A stretch of 59,043 bases of DNA, from the sequence record DRR723986_9065. One strand, 5' to 3'. The number at the start of each line of letters is the position of its first letter. Position 1 is the first letter of the stretch. Made by a program: the position numbers and the translations under genes. Shown piece by piece: positions 1 to 9,347 of this stretch. The notes below the pieces were generated by a model, which saw only the letters and a program-made list of their open reading frames with translations, was not told the origin of the DNA and ran no database searches.

Positions 1-1124
1 TGATCCGGATCATTCGAAATCTGAGATTTCTCTATAATTTGACGACTAATTTTATCATTTTCACCTTTCACCCAAAAAGGACCCCCACCAGGTTCACCTT
101 CATTTTTAACCATCCCACAAATACGAATAGGACGATTTAAGGCTTCAAAGGCAGCGGTGGGTGAAGTAAGTTCTTGTTCAGTAAGCTTTAAGTCAAAGGT
201 GTCGTTTAACGTTTTCAATGAACTCTCAAAGGCTTGATCTTTAGATAACTTAGATAAAACATTATCAATGGCCATTTTAAAATTAAGGAGTTCGTTACCC
301 AATGCTTTTCTTGTGTCTATTGAGATAGCTCCTTTGCTTTGATGTTGAAGATTATCAATATTTCTAATGAAAATGAGATCACCACTCATTGCATTCAGAT
401 TATTAATCAACGTTCCATGACCTGCAGGACGTGTAATCAGCTGCCCATTTTCAGTTGCTGGTTGTAATTCATTCGTAAACGCAATGGAATTAGTTCGAGG
501 ATCTTGCTCCGAAAAGCTGACTTCCATTTCAAAGTCTAAGTCATTTATTTTTTCTTTAATTTGAGATTCAAAAGCCTTGTTAATCGTGAAATGAATTCGG
601 CTTTTTTTTGTCCCAACAGCTTTACTGTGAATCAAATGTTCTTGAAAAGGATTCAGAATTTCATCTTCGTAAATGTGGAACGGAATCAATCCTTTCGGTT
701 GTTCACTCAAATTGAGTTGATGCTTATCAATAAATGATTTAACGATAATTTCAGCATATTTTTCATCACCTTCTGAAAGCAATTGTGCAGTATCGGCATT
801 AAGCAAATTTGCAATTCCAAGTTGCTGAAGCTTAGAGATCATTTCATAAGCCGAATTTTCGTCACTATTCAATCCGTTCTTTGAAGCAGATAAAAAATCG
901 AATAATATTTTGAACATTCGTGATCCTGATCCAGAAGCTGGAACAAAAAAGCACAGGTCTAAAGTTGATTTGATCTCATCAAATGCTTTTGCAGCTTTTT
1001 GAATCTCCGCAGTGCTCAGTTGATGTATTCCATGATTTAATCGGCAAGAATCTACTAATTGAATGGCTGGATTACCTGCTTCAATTTTTTTTCGTTGAAT
1101 TTCAATCTTCTCTGTTAATTCCAT
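1..1124 (-). CDS. DUF4301 family protein (nucleotide-diphospho-sugar transferase-like fold); 3' end runs off the window
   Basis: Absent from the ORF track because it has no stop in the window. Manual reverse translation from ATG at 1124 gives MELTEKIEIQ...FVPASGSGSRMFK...RPAGHGTLI...FIRNIDN...LNRPIRICGMVKNEGEPGGGPFWVKGE, the motifs typical of DUF4301. Confidence 0.88.
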   Translation of the reverse strand, partial: MELTEKIEIQRKKIEAGNPAIQLVDSCRLNHGIHQLSTAEIQKAAKAFDEIKSTLDLCFFVPASGSGSRMFKILFDFLSASKNGLNSDENSAYEMISKLQQLGIANLLNADTAQLLSEGDEKYAEIIVKSFIDKHQLNLSEQPKGLIPFHIYEDEILNPFQEHLIHSKAVGTKKSRIHFTINKAFESQIKEKINDLDFEMEVSFSEQDPRTNSIAFTNELQPATENGQLITRPAGHGTLINNLNAMSGDLIFIRNIDNLQHQSKGAISIDTRKALGNELLNFKMAIDNVLSKLSKDQAFESSLKTLNDTFDLKLTEQELTSPTAAFEALNRPIRICGMVKNEGEPGGGPFWVKGENDKISRQIIEKSQISNDPD

Positions 1125-1176
1125 TAATTTCGTTAAGCGTTGTCAAAATTAACAAAATCAGAACACCTGTAGAATA

Positions 1177-1938
1177 TTGCTCAAAGCATTCTTAAAATAT
1201 CGAAAATCGGCAGTTAATGCACATGGTATTCATTCTCCATTCGTTTTTGAATTTTACAATGAGGTACTGACCAAGTCAAAGTACGTTGATGATGCTGCAA
1301 TCCAAAATTTAAGGAAGCAACTGAGTAAGGATACTAATCTTATTGAAATTACTGATTTAGGTGCGGGATCACGAAAATCTACTGCTAACAAAAGAAAAGT
1401 GGCTGACTTAGTGAGGCATGCCGGGGTTTCCCGAAAATATGGACGATTATTGACACAAATTATTCGGCATTATAAAATCGATAATTGTCTTGAAATGGGG
1501 ACTTCTATGGGAATAGGAACCGCATATCTTTCAATTGATGCAAAAAAAACGGTCACTATAGAAGGTTGCCCAAACACCTATAAGCAAGCAACACAGAATT
1601 TACAATTGCTCAATTTGAAAGGCCTATCCATGCTCAACGCAGAATTTTCAGACGGATTGAAGCAAGCTTATGAAATTGAATCAAATTATGGTTTAGTCTA
1701 TATTGATGGCAATCACCAATATCAGGCTACTCTAGATTATTTTAATTGGATAATTGATCGAGCAAATAATGATACTTTTTTAATTTTTGACGATATTAAT
1801 TGGAGCGAAGGAATGAGACAGGCTTGGGATGAAATCGTATCTTCAGAGAAAATAAATGTAAGTATTGAACTCTTTAGAATGGGTATCGTTTTAAAAAGAA
1901 AAGAACAAACCAAACAACATTTTATTTTAAAATTTTAG
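1177..1938 (+). CDS. Class I SAM-dependent methyltransferase (Methyltransf_24-like)
   Basis: HGIHSPFVF N-terminus, DLGAGS, LEMGTSMG motif I, YIDGNH, FDDINWS; TTG start. Confidence 0.85.
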   Translation: MLKAFLKYRKSAVNAHGIHSPFVFEFYNEVLTKSKYVDDAAIQNLRKQLSKDTNLIEITDLGAGSRKSTANKRKVADLVRHAGVSRKYGRLLTQIIRHYKIDNCLEMGTSMGIGTAYLSIDAKKTVTIEGCPNTYKQATQNLQLLNLKGLSMLNAEFSDGLKQAYEIESNYGLVYIDGNHQYQATLDYFNWIIDRANNDTFLIFDDINWSEGMRQAWDEIVSSEKINVSIELFRMGIVLKRKEQTKQHFILKF

Positions 1939-1940
1939 TC

Positions 1941-2070
1941 AATCAAGAATCAAGAAACAAGAGCCAGGTACAAAGAATCAAATGACTAAAATCGAGAATC
2001 GAGAATCGAGAATCGAAAATCGAACTGAAGAAATTAAAGCATTAAAGAATTAAAAATATTAAAGCATTAG
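1941..2070. repeat. Intergenic short tandem repeats: 12 in-register 7-mers (AATCAAG/AATCGAG type) followed by degenerate 8-mers (ATTAAAGC)
   Basis: aatcaag aatcaag aaacaag agccagg tacaaag aatcaaa tgactaa aatcgag aatcgag aatcgag aatcgaa aatcgaa (1941-2024); then attaaagc attaaaga attaaaaa t attaaagc (2033-2065). Confidence 0.85.
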
Positions 2071-2076
2071 TAAAGA

Positions 2077-2625
2077 ATGAAAGTTTACACAAAAAAAGGA
2101 GATACCGGCTTAACAGGCTTAATAGGAGGGACTCGTGTGCCAAAATCCAACTTAAGAATTGATGCATACGGCACAGTTGATGAATTGAATTCATACATGG
2201 GATTATTAAGAGATAACGCAATTTCGGATGAGTTTAAATCGGAGATAGTGAATATTCAAGACCGTTTATTCACTTTAGGCTCTTGGCTAGCTTCTGATCC
2301 TGAAAAATCTAAAATGACTTTACCTGAAATATTGAGTTCTGATGTTGAAGCCTTGGAACAATCAATTGACAAAATGGATGAAGAACTTGAGCCCATGAAG
2401 TTTTTCGTATTACCAGGAGGGCATCAAACCGTATCTTTTTGTCATATTGCAAGATGTGTGTGCAGAAGAGCAGAACGCCTTGTAGTTGAGCTAAACGAAC
2501 AAGCCGAACAAAATCCAGTAATAATTTCGTATTTGAACCGTCTTAGTGATTACCTGTTTGTATATAGCAGGTATTTAACATTAAAATTGAAGGCAGAAGA
2601 AATCCCTTGGGTGCCCAAAAAATAA
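2077..2625 (+). CDS. ATP:cob(I)alamin adenosyltransferase, PduO type
   Basis: KVYTKKGDTG-T, RIDAYGTVDELNS, FVLPGG, CRRAER, YLNRLSDYLF. Confidence 0.95.
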   Translation: MKVYTKKGDTGLTGLIGGTRVPKSNLRIDAYGTVDELNSYMGLLRDNAISDEFKSEIVNIQDRLFTLGSWLASDPEKSKMTLPEILSSDVEALEQSIDKMDEELEPMKFFVLPGGHQTVSFCHIARCVCRRAERLVVELNEQAEQNPVIISYLNRLSDYLFVYSRYLTLKLKAEEIPWVPKK

Positions 2626-2728
2626 GGCTTTGGAGCTGAGTTTTGAATAAAAAATCAAAATTTATCCTCAAAAGTTTGTTTTTCTACTCAAAAAAATCTT
2701 CTTTTGCGGAAAAGTAAAACAATAAACT

Positions 2729-2950
2729 ATGTATTGGACGTTGGAATTGGCATCATATTTAGAGGATGCACCCTGGCCAGCTGCAAAAGACGAGTTAATC
2801 GATTTTGCCATGAGATGCGGAGCGCCATTGGAAGTTGTAGAGAACTTACAAGAAATTGAGGATGAAGGTGAAACTTACGAGAGTATCGAAGAGATTTGGC
2901 CAGATTATCCTACTAAAGAAGACTTCTTCTTTAATGAAGATGAATATTAA
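2729..2950 (+). CDS. DUF2795 domain small acidic protein
   Basis: MYWTLELASYLEDAPWPA..KDELID..R.GAPLEVVENLQ..., a highly conserved Bacteroidota protein usually found upstream of secA. Confidence 0.93.
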   Translation: MYWTLELASYLEDAPWPAAKDELIDFAMRCGAPLEVVENLQEIEDEGETYESIEEIWPDYPTKEDFFFNEDEY

Positions 2951-2954
2951 TTGA

Positions 2955-2985
2955 AATTCCCGACCTCAGAGTCGGGATTTTTTTT
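2955..2985 (+). terminator. Rho-independent terminator
   Basis: TCCCGAC-ctcaga-GTCGGGA hairpin followed by a T run, right after the DUF2795 stop. Confidence 0.85.
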
Positions 2986-3174
2986 GCCCAAACTTTCCGT
3001 TTTTGTCAGTATAAATTAATTTTTCCTGCCACAATAGGTAGTAATCAATTAATTAACGAGTCAAGCTGTCGCTTAATTCAATTTGGTATCATTTATGACA
3101 AAAGAATTGTCAAGAATAAGCCATGTACTTCGGTTAAAGGTCTTATTTTTACAAATCCATTTTATTACAACAAG

Positions 3175-6100
3175 ATGTTAAACATATTTAAGAAATTAGT
3201 AGGAAGCAAGGAGAATAAGGATAACAAGATTTATCAGCCATATGTTGATAGAATCAAAGCGGCTGAGCCTGCCATCCAAGCCTTAACTAATGATCAATTG
3301 CGTGCAAAAACAATTGAGTTTAAAGCAAAAATAAATGAAGCAACTAAAGGTCTTGAAGACGAAATAACTGCTCATCTTAAAAATATTGATGATAATCTAG
3401 GAATGGATTTTCAAGAAAAAGATGCCATCTACTCAACAGTAGACAAACTGAAAAAAGATGTGGATCAACAAATTGAAGCTGTATTAGAAGAAATCCTTCC
3501 AGAAGCCTTTGCTGTTGTAAGAGAAACTGCAGCACGATTTACAAAAAATGATGTAGTTGAGGTATCTGCACAAGATTTTGATAAAGACTTAGCAGATAGA
3601 AAAGATTTTGTTTCAATCAATGGAGATAAAGCAATCTGGGAAACTTCTTGGGATGCATTTGGAACTCAAGTAGAGTGGAATATGATTCACTATGATGTGC
3701 AATTATATGGTGGTACTGTGTTGCATAAAGGAAATATCGCAGAGATGCAAACTGGTGAAGGTAAAACCTTAGTTGCTACCTTGCCGGTATACTTAAATGC
3801 CTTATCTGGAAAAGGAGTGCACTTGGTAACAGTGAACGATTACCTAGCCAAAAGGGATAGTGAATGGATGGGACCACTTTATCAATTCCACGGTTTAACG
3901 GTGGATTGTATTGATAGACATAAACCTAATTCACCGGAACGTAAAGCTGCATATAGAGCAGACATTACATTTGGTACCAATAACGAATTTGGATTTGACT
4001 ATTTGAGAGATAACATGTCATCTAATCCTGATCAAATTGTACAACATAAACACCATTTCGCAATTATTGATGAGGTCGATTCAGTTTTAATTGATGATGC
4101 AAGAACGCCATTAATTATTTCTGGACCAACTGCTGGAGGAGATGTACATGAATTCAATGAGTTAAAACCAAAAATTGAAACAGTTGTAGGCGCTCAAAGA
4201 AAATTGGTGAACGAGTTGCTGATAGAAGCAAAGAAGAAATTAGCTGGTTTAGAAGACGGAAGCATTGACAAAGATACTTTACAAGAAGGATCAGACGCAT
4301 TGCTTAGATGTTACAGAGGTTTACCTAAAAATAAGGCCTTAATTAAATTTTTATCTGAGCCTGGTATCAAAGCTCAATTGCAGAAGACAGAGAACTTTTA
4401 CTTGCAGGATAGAGAAAGAGAAATGCCCAAAATTGACAAGGAGTTGTACTTCGTAATCAATGAAAAGCATAATCAAATTGATTTAACCGAAAAAGGAATT
4501 GATTTATTAGCGAAGGGTGAAAACACTGACTATTATATCATGCCGGATATCGCAACCAAAATGACCGAAATAGAACAGTCTGGTATTCCGCGAACTGAAC
4601 AATTGAAGGAGAAAGAGATTTTAGTTGCTGATTATAAAGTAAAGTCAGAAAGAATCCACTCCATGAATCAATTGCTAAAAGCATATGCTCTCTTCGAAAA
4701 AGAAGTAGAATATGTCATCATGGACGGTAAAATCAAGATTGTTGATGAACAAACTGGTCGTATCATGGATGGAAGACGTTATTCTGACGGATTGCATCAA
4801 GCGATTGAAGCTAAAGAGAATGTAAAAGTTGAAGCGGCTACACAAACTTATGCGACTGTAACCTTACAAAATTTCTTCAGAATGTACCATAAACTATCGG
4901 GTATGACCGGTACAGCAGAAACTGAAGCGCAAGAAATGTGGGACATCTATAAATTAGATGTTGTCGTAATTCCAACGAATAGACCAATTGCTAGAATTGA
5001 TGATCAAGATTTGGTGTTTAGAACACAAAGAGAAAAATTCAATGCAGTAATTGATGAAGTGAATAAATTAGTTGATGCCGGAAGACCAGTATTGGTGGGT
5101 ACCACTACGGTTGAGATTTCTGAATTACTAAGTAAAATGCTTAGAATGAGAAAAATCGATCACAATGTATTGAATGCCAAACACCACCAAAGAGAATCTG
5201 AAATTGTTGCTGAAGCTGGAAATGCAGGTAAAGTAACCATTGCAACTAACATGGCCGGTAGGGGAACAGATATTAAGTTATCTGAAGAAGTGAAAGCTGC
5301 GGGAGGTTTAGCTATTATTGGGACGGAGCGTCATGATTCGAGACGTGTCGATAGACAATTAAGAGGTCGTGCCGGTCGTCAAGGTGATCCAGGATCTTCT
5401 CAATTCTTCGTTTCGTTAGAGGATGGATTAATGAGAAAATTCGGTTCTGAGCGTATTGCAAAAATCATGGACAGAATGGGCTATAAAGAAGGGGAGGTCA
5501 TTCAACATTCAATGATTACGAAATCTATCGAAAGAGCGCAAAAGAAAGTTGAAGAAAACGCATTTGGAACTCGTAAGCGATTGTTGGATTATGATGATGT
5601 AATGAATGCGCAACGTAATGGAATCTACAAGAAAAGAAGAAATGCATTACTAGGTGAACGTATAGAACTTGATGTATCTAATATGTTCTATGATGTAGCA
5701 GAAGAAGTGGTGAATGATCACTTCCATGCAAAAGACTTTGATTCGTTCGAATTAGATTTAATTCAATATTTACAGATACAATCTCCAGTTTCAAGAGATC
5801 AATTTGAAAATGCGAACCCGTCTCAATTAATTGATGCCGTGTTTGATACTGCTATGAATGCTTATGAGAAAAAAGCAGAAGATATGGCTTCAAAAGTCAA
5901 TAAATTCATGGAGCATGTGAATGCAAACGCGAATCCAGAGCATAAAAACGTTGAATTTCCGGTTACAGATGGCGAAAAAGCTGTAAGATGTATCATGGAT
6001 ATCGAAGAGACGAACAAAGCGCAAGGAAAGAACATCAAAGTACAAGTTGAGAAAGTGATTACACTTGGGTTTATAGATAACGAGTGGAAAGAGCATTTGC

Positions 6101-6579
6101 GTAAAATGGATGATTTGAGAACTGCGGTTCAACATGCATCTATTGAACAAAAAGATCCGTTGGTGATTTATAAAAAAGAGTCGTACAATTTGTTCACGAG
6201 CATGTTAGGTAAGATGAGTAAAGAAGTCGTAGGCTTTTTGAGTAAAGCAGACTTGCCTAAACAAGCGCAAACGAAACAAGTTCAGAATGATCAGTTTTCT
6301 GGCGAACAAGGTGCTTTTGATCAAGGATCAGTAAATCAACGTCAACCAGAAGAGTTTTCAGGTTCTGAGGGATATGCTGAAGCCATGGAGAATTCAGGTA
6401 ACCAACAACAAAGACAAGCTCCTAAGAGAAAACCTATTGTGACAGCACCAAAAATTGGGCGGAACGATAAGGTAGAAATTAGAAACATGCAAACTGGTGA
6501 AACTAAAACCTTGAAGTTTAAACAAGCTGAACCTTTATTAAAAACAGGGGTTTGGATGATAGTACAACAAGAAGCTTAA
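3175..6579 (+). CDS. secA: Preprotein translocase subunit SecA
   Basis: AEMQTGEGKT Walker A, VTVNDYLAKRD, DEVDSVLIDDARTPLIISG, GMTGTA, TNMAGRGTDI, QLRGRAGRQGDPGSS. Confidence 0.99.
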   Translation: MLNIFKKLVGSKENKDNKIYQPYVDRIKAAEPAIQALTNDQLRAKTIEFKAKINEATKGLEDEITAHLKNIDDNLGMDFQEKDAIYSTVDKLKKDVDQQIEAVLEEILPEAFAVVRETAARFTKNDVVEVSAQDFDKDLADRKDFVSINGDKAIWETSWDAFGTQVEWNMIHYDVQLYGGTVLHKGNIAEMQTGEGKTLVATLPVYLNALSGKGVHLVTVNDYLAKRDSEWMGPLYQFHGLTVDCIDRHKPNSPERKAAYRADITFGTNNEFGFDYLRDNMSSNPDQIVQHKHHFAIIDEVDSVLIDDARTPLIISGPTAGGDVHEFNELKPKIETVVGAQRKLVNELLIEAKKKLAGLEDGSIDKDTLQEGSDALLRCYRGLPKNKALIKFLSEPGIKAQLQKTENFYLQDREREMPKIDKELYFVINEKHNQIDLTEKGIDLLAKGENTDYYIMPDIATKMTEIEQSGIPRTEQLKEKEILVADYKVKSERIHSMNQLLKAYALFEKEVEYVIMDGKIKIVDEQTGRIMDGRRYSDGLHQAIEAKENVKVEAATQTYATVTLQNFFRMYHKLSGMTGTAETEAQEMWDIYKLDVVVIPTNRPIARIDDQDLVFRTQREKFNAVIDEVNKLVDAGRPVLVGTTTVEISELLSKMLRMRKIDHNVLNAKHHQRESEIVAEAGNAGKVTIATNMAGRGTDIKLSEEVKAAGGLAIIGTERHDSRRVDRQLRGRAGRQGDPGSSQFFVSLEDGLMRKFGSERIAKIMDRMGYKEGEVIQHSMITKSIERAQKKVEENAFGTRKRLLDYDDVMNAQRNGIYKKRRNALLGERIELDVSNMFYDVAEEVVNDHFHAKDFDSFELDLIQYLQIQSPVSRDQFENANPSQLIDAVFDTAMNAYEKKAEDMASKVNKFMEHVNANANPEHKNVEFPVTDGEKAVRCIMDIEETNKAQGKNIKVQVEKVITLGFIDNEWKEHLRKMDDLRTAVQHASIEQKDPLVIYKKESYNLFTSMLGKMSKEVVGFLSKADLPKQAQTKQVQNDQFSGEQGAFDQGSVNQRQPEEFSGSEGYAEAMENSGNQQQRQAPKRKPIVTAPKIGRNDKVEIRNMQTGETKTLKFKQAEPLLKTGVWMIVQQEA

Positions 6580-7161
6580 ATGTCAGTTAAGCTGACATCC
6601 CTGCTATCAGAGATTAGGCAATGCACCATTTGCAAAGATCATTTAGATCCTAACCCGGTATTATCTGTATCGAGTAAGAGTAAAATTCTAATTGTTGGCC
6701 AAGCCCCAGGGACCAGAGTTCACGCTTCTGGAATTCCATGGAATGACCAATCTGGAAAGAATTTAAGGTCATGGCTAGGAGTTGATGATGATCAGTTCTA
6801 TAATCCCGATTTATTTGGTATAGTTCCCATGGGGTTTTGTTATCCTGGAAAAGGAAAATCTGGCGATTTACCACCACGTAAAGAATGTCAGCAATGGCAT
6901 AAACCATTACTTGATTTGTTGCCCGAGGTGCAGTTCAGTATATTGATTGGCGCTTATGCACAAACTTATTATCTAAAGAATCCTAAAAAAAACTTAACCG
7001 AAAATGTGAAGGCATTCGAAGAGTTCTTGCCAAATGCTTTTGTGCTGCCACATCCTTCTCCTCGAAATAGATATTGGTTAGCCAAAAATCCTTGGTTTGA
7101 ATCTGAATTATTACCCATTTTAAAAATGAAAGTACAAGAGATCATCAAATTGCCATGCTGA
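6580..7161 (+). CDS. Uracil-DNA glycosylase superfamily protein
   Basis: C..C, IVGQAPG, GFCYPG, DLPPRKEC, LPHPSPRN. Confidence 0.9.
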   Translation: MSVKLTSLLSEIRQCTICKDHLDPNPVLSVSSKSKILIVGQAPGTRVHASGIPWNDQSGKNLRSWLGVDDDQFYNPDLFGIVPMGFCYPGKGKSGDLPPRKECQQWHKPLLDLLPEVQFSILIGAYAQTYYLKNPKKNLTENVKAFEEFLPNAFVLPHPSPRNRYWLAKNPWFESELLPILKMKVQEIIKLPC

Positions 7162-7532
7162 GGTTTAGTCTAAGATATTTTGTGCTGTTCGTACTGCTGC
7201 TAATTCTAGAAGTGTTGATTGCCAAGTTCTTCAATGACTGGTTTGTTAGGGCCTTTCTAGGAGATGTGTTGGTTGTGATACTGATCTATACCTTCATCAT
7301 GACATTTTTTAATTGGCAACCAAAAAAAGTGGCCTTTGGAGTCTTGATTTTTGCCTTTGTTGTTGAATTTGCACAGTATTTCGAATTGAGCTCCAAATTG
7401 GGGCTTGAACATAATAAGCTAGCGAGCATTATTCTTGGAAGCACTTTTGATCTACTAGACTTGTTAGCTTATTCAATCGGTTTTGTAGTAATTCTCTTGG
7501 TTGAATCGCGTAAACAATTACTGCTGAAGTAG
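7155..7532 (+). CDS. DUF2809 family membrane protein
   Basis: FVRAFLGDVLVV, VEFAQYF, ILGSTFD..DL.AY; hydrophobic helices. Confidence 0.85.
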   Translation: MLRFSLRYFVLFVLLLILEVLIAKFFNDWFVRAFLGDVLVVILIYTFIMTFFNWQPKKVAFGVLIFAFVVEFAQYFELSSKLGLEHNKLASIILGSTFDLLDLLAYSIGFVVILLVESRKQLLLK

Positions 7533-7928
7533 CCATTTTATCGCCTCTTGCTCATTTGAAAAGACCTTGAATTTTTTAGGAACTTTATAAAAGTTTTTCA
7601 TAAAGTTCACTAGAATTTTATGGGCGAGACTTTCTGCAATATAAGCCTGCGCGCAAACAGTTTTCTGCCGTTCGGCTGAATTGGCAAAGTCTCTAACTTC
7701 TTTTGAGGTTGTTGTGTTTTTACCAATTTTTAGATAAAATTTCAAGGGTAAAAAATCAGGTTTAGTCAAAATATAAGCATGCTCTTCTTGGGCATCTTCT
7801 AGTTCAATATGAACATTGTCTTTCGTGACAATTCGCACTAAACCAGAAGCATAGAAATACCATGTTGATTTAACGAATTCTTTAGTTTCCAGTATTTTAG
7901 AAGTGTCAGGCATTGGATAAAAGTCCAA
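7518..7928 (-). CDS. Hypothetical SpoIIAA/STAS-like protein, paralog of 8000..8398 (start may be ATG at 7913)
   Basis: SKEVRDF...AQA...SLAHKILVNFMK.FYK.P..FKVFSNEQEAIKWL; the F...EA..WL C-terminus is typical of STAS/SEC14-like proteins. Confidence 0.7.
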   Translation of the reverse strand: MDFYPMPDTSKILETKEFVKSTWYFYASGLVRIVTKDNVHIELEDAQEEHAYILTKPDFLPLKFYLKIGKNTTTSKEVRDFANSAERQKTVCAQAYIAESLAHKILVNFMKNFYKVPKKFKVFSNEQEAIKWLLQQ

Positions 7929-7999
7929 CGAATATAAGGATGATTCTTATCAATTTCAAACGATAAATGAGATTGTTAGTTAACGATTTAGGTAATAGG

Positions 8000-8398
8000 T
8001 TATTGCTTCCTAAGCCATTCGATCGCTTGTGATTTATCTGAGAAAATTTTGAACTTATTCGGCTGTTTATACAGCTTCATCATGAAACTAGCGAGTATTT
8101 TGTGAGCCAAATTATCAACCAAAATCGCTTGACAATTAACTAATTCCATTGATTCAGGTAGATTAATAAATTCTCTAACTTCATTTGAAATTGAAGTAGC
8201 TTTACCTGGATTCACTAAAAGACGCAGCGGTAGGTAATTTGATTTCTGTTTGAGATATTGATGTTCTGACATAATATCAGGTAAATCTACAAAGGCATGA
8301 TCGTGGACATGGACGATTACAATGCCTTCCTTGCTAAATTGATATGTAGATTTATCGAAGGTGATCTCTTCGATAATTTCCAAAGATTTATTTACCAT
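8000..8398 (-). CDS. Hypothetical SpoIIAA/STAS-like protein, paralog of 7518..7928
   Basis: SNEVREF...CQA...NLAHKILASFMMKLYKQP.KFKIFSDKSQAIEWL. Confidence 0.72.
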   Translation of the reverse strand: MVNKSLEIIEEITFDKSTYQFSKEGIVIVHVHDHAFVDLPDIMSEHQYLKQKSNYLPLRLLVNPGKATSISNEVREFINLPESMELVNCQAILVDNLAHKILASFMMKLYKQPNKFKIFSDKSQAIEWLRKQ

Positions 8399-8437
8399 TT
8401 AACGAATTAATCTTCCTTAAATATAACAAAAAATGAT

Positions 8438-8851
8438 TTAATTCCACTCAATACCAGAGCGGTAGACAGTGCCTTTAAAATGTGCTACCAGTTCATTTCT
8501 TTGATTCAGCACCTGCATTTCGTAAACACCTATTTTTCTACTCAGCGACAATTCCTTAGAATGAACAGTGAGTTCATCACCAACTTTTACCATTTTTTGA
8601 TGTGAAATAGAAGTTTCTATTGACATAGATCTAATTCCATGTGAATTCGCGGAAAAAGCAAGTGCGCTATCTGCTAACGAATAAGTGATACCGCCATGAG
8701 CTACATCAAATCCATTCACCATTTCGGGTTGAACAGTCATTTTAATACTGACCGCTCCAGGATTATAGTTAAGAATTTCAATACCCAACCACTGACTCAT
8801 TTTGTCAGAAGCCATCATTTTATCGATAATCTGTTGAGGTGAGAGGGCCAT
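8438..8851 (-). CDS. paaI: PaaI family hotdog-fold (hydroxy)phenylacetyl-CoA thioesterase
   Basis: D.MSQWLGI, MVNGFDVAHGGITYSLADSALAFSANS, VAHFKGTVYR. Confidence 0.9.
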   Translation of the reverse strand: MALSPQQIIDKMMASDKMSQWLGIEILNYNPGAVSIKMTVQPEMVNGFDVAHGGITYSLADSALAFSANSHGIRSMSIETSISHQKMVKVGDELTVHSKELSLSRKIGVYEMQVLNQRNELVAHFKGTVYRSGIEWN

Positions 8852-9232
8852 TTAAAAGGCGTCTACAGCTGTCACATGGAATTCAACATCTCCAAAAAGT
8901 AGTTTGAATTCTTCTCCAGCTTCCTTCATATCCTCATCATCAGATTCAAAAAACCAATTGATAACTACTTGCGTTTTCTCCTGCATATCTTGCAATTGCT
9001 TGATTAGATTGCGGATAATTAAGGTAGAACTCGTGTTGAAGTACTCTAAATGAAGATTCAGAGCAGTTTTAGCTGCAGGAGCATTGCTATAATCTGCTAA
9101 TGCTCTCATAAGAGGAGAATAAAACTCATGAGGATCCTCAGGAATAGAAATTCCTTTGATGGAGATAAGTCCACCGGATTCGTCCATGCTGATCTCAGGC
9201 GTTTTTACAGATGCTTCAATTTTCACTGACAT
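8852..9232 (-). CDS. DUF1987 / SiaC-family STAS-like regulatory phosphoprotein
   Basis: KTPEI, G.SIPEDPHEFY.P, LEYFNTSS (phospho-Thr motif), INWFFESDDEDMKEAGEEF. Confidence 0.88.
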   Translation of the reverse strand: MSVKIEASVKTPEISMDESGGLISIKGISIPEDPHEFYSPLMRALADYSNAPAAKTALNLHLEYFNTSSTLIIRNLIKQLQDMQEKTQVVINWFFESDDEDMKEAGEEFKLLFGDVEFHVTAVDAF

Positions 9233-9347
9233 GCTTACTTACTCGTTTTTACTAGTAGCTAGTACTAAATTACGCAAATTGTAAGCAAAGGTTCGTCCGA
9301 TTTTTCAAAAAGGAGCAAAAATTTCGACTAAATAGGTAAAAAATCCG

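Noticed and set aside
983..1195. 70-aa plus-strand ORF
   Set aside because: Lies antisense to the DUF4301 gene (1..1124, minus strand), which the ORF track missed; no recognisable motifs.
1941..2070. Possible CRISPR array
   Set aside because: Units are 7-8 bp with no unique spacers, and there are no cas genes.
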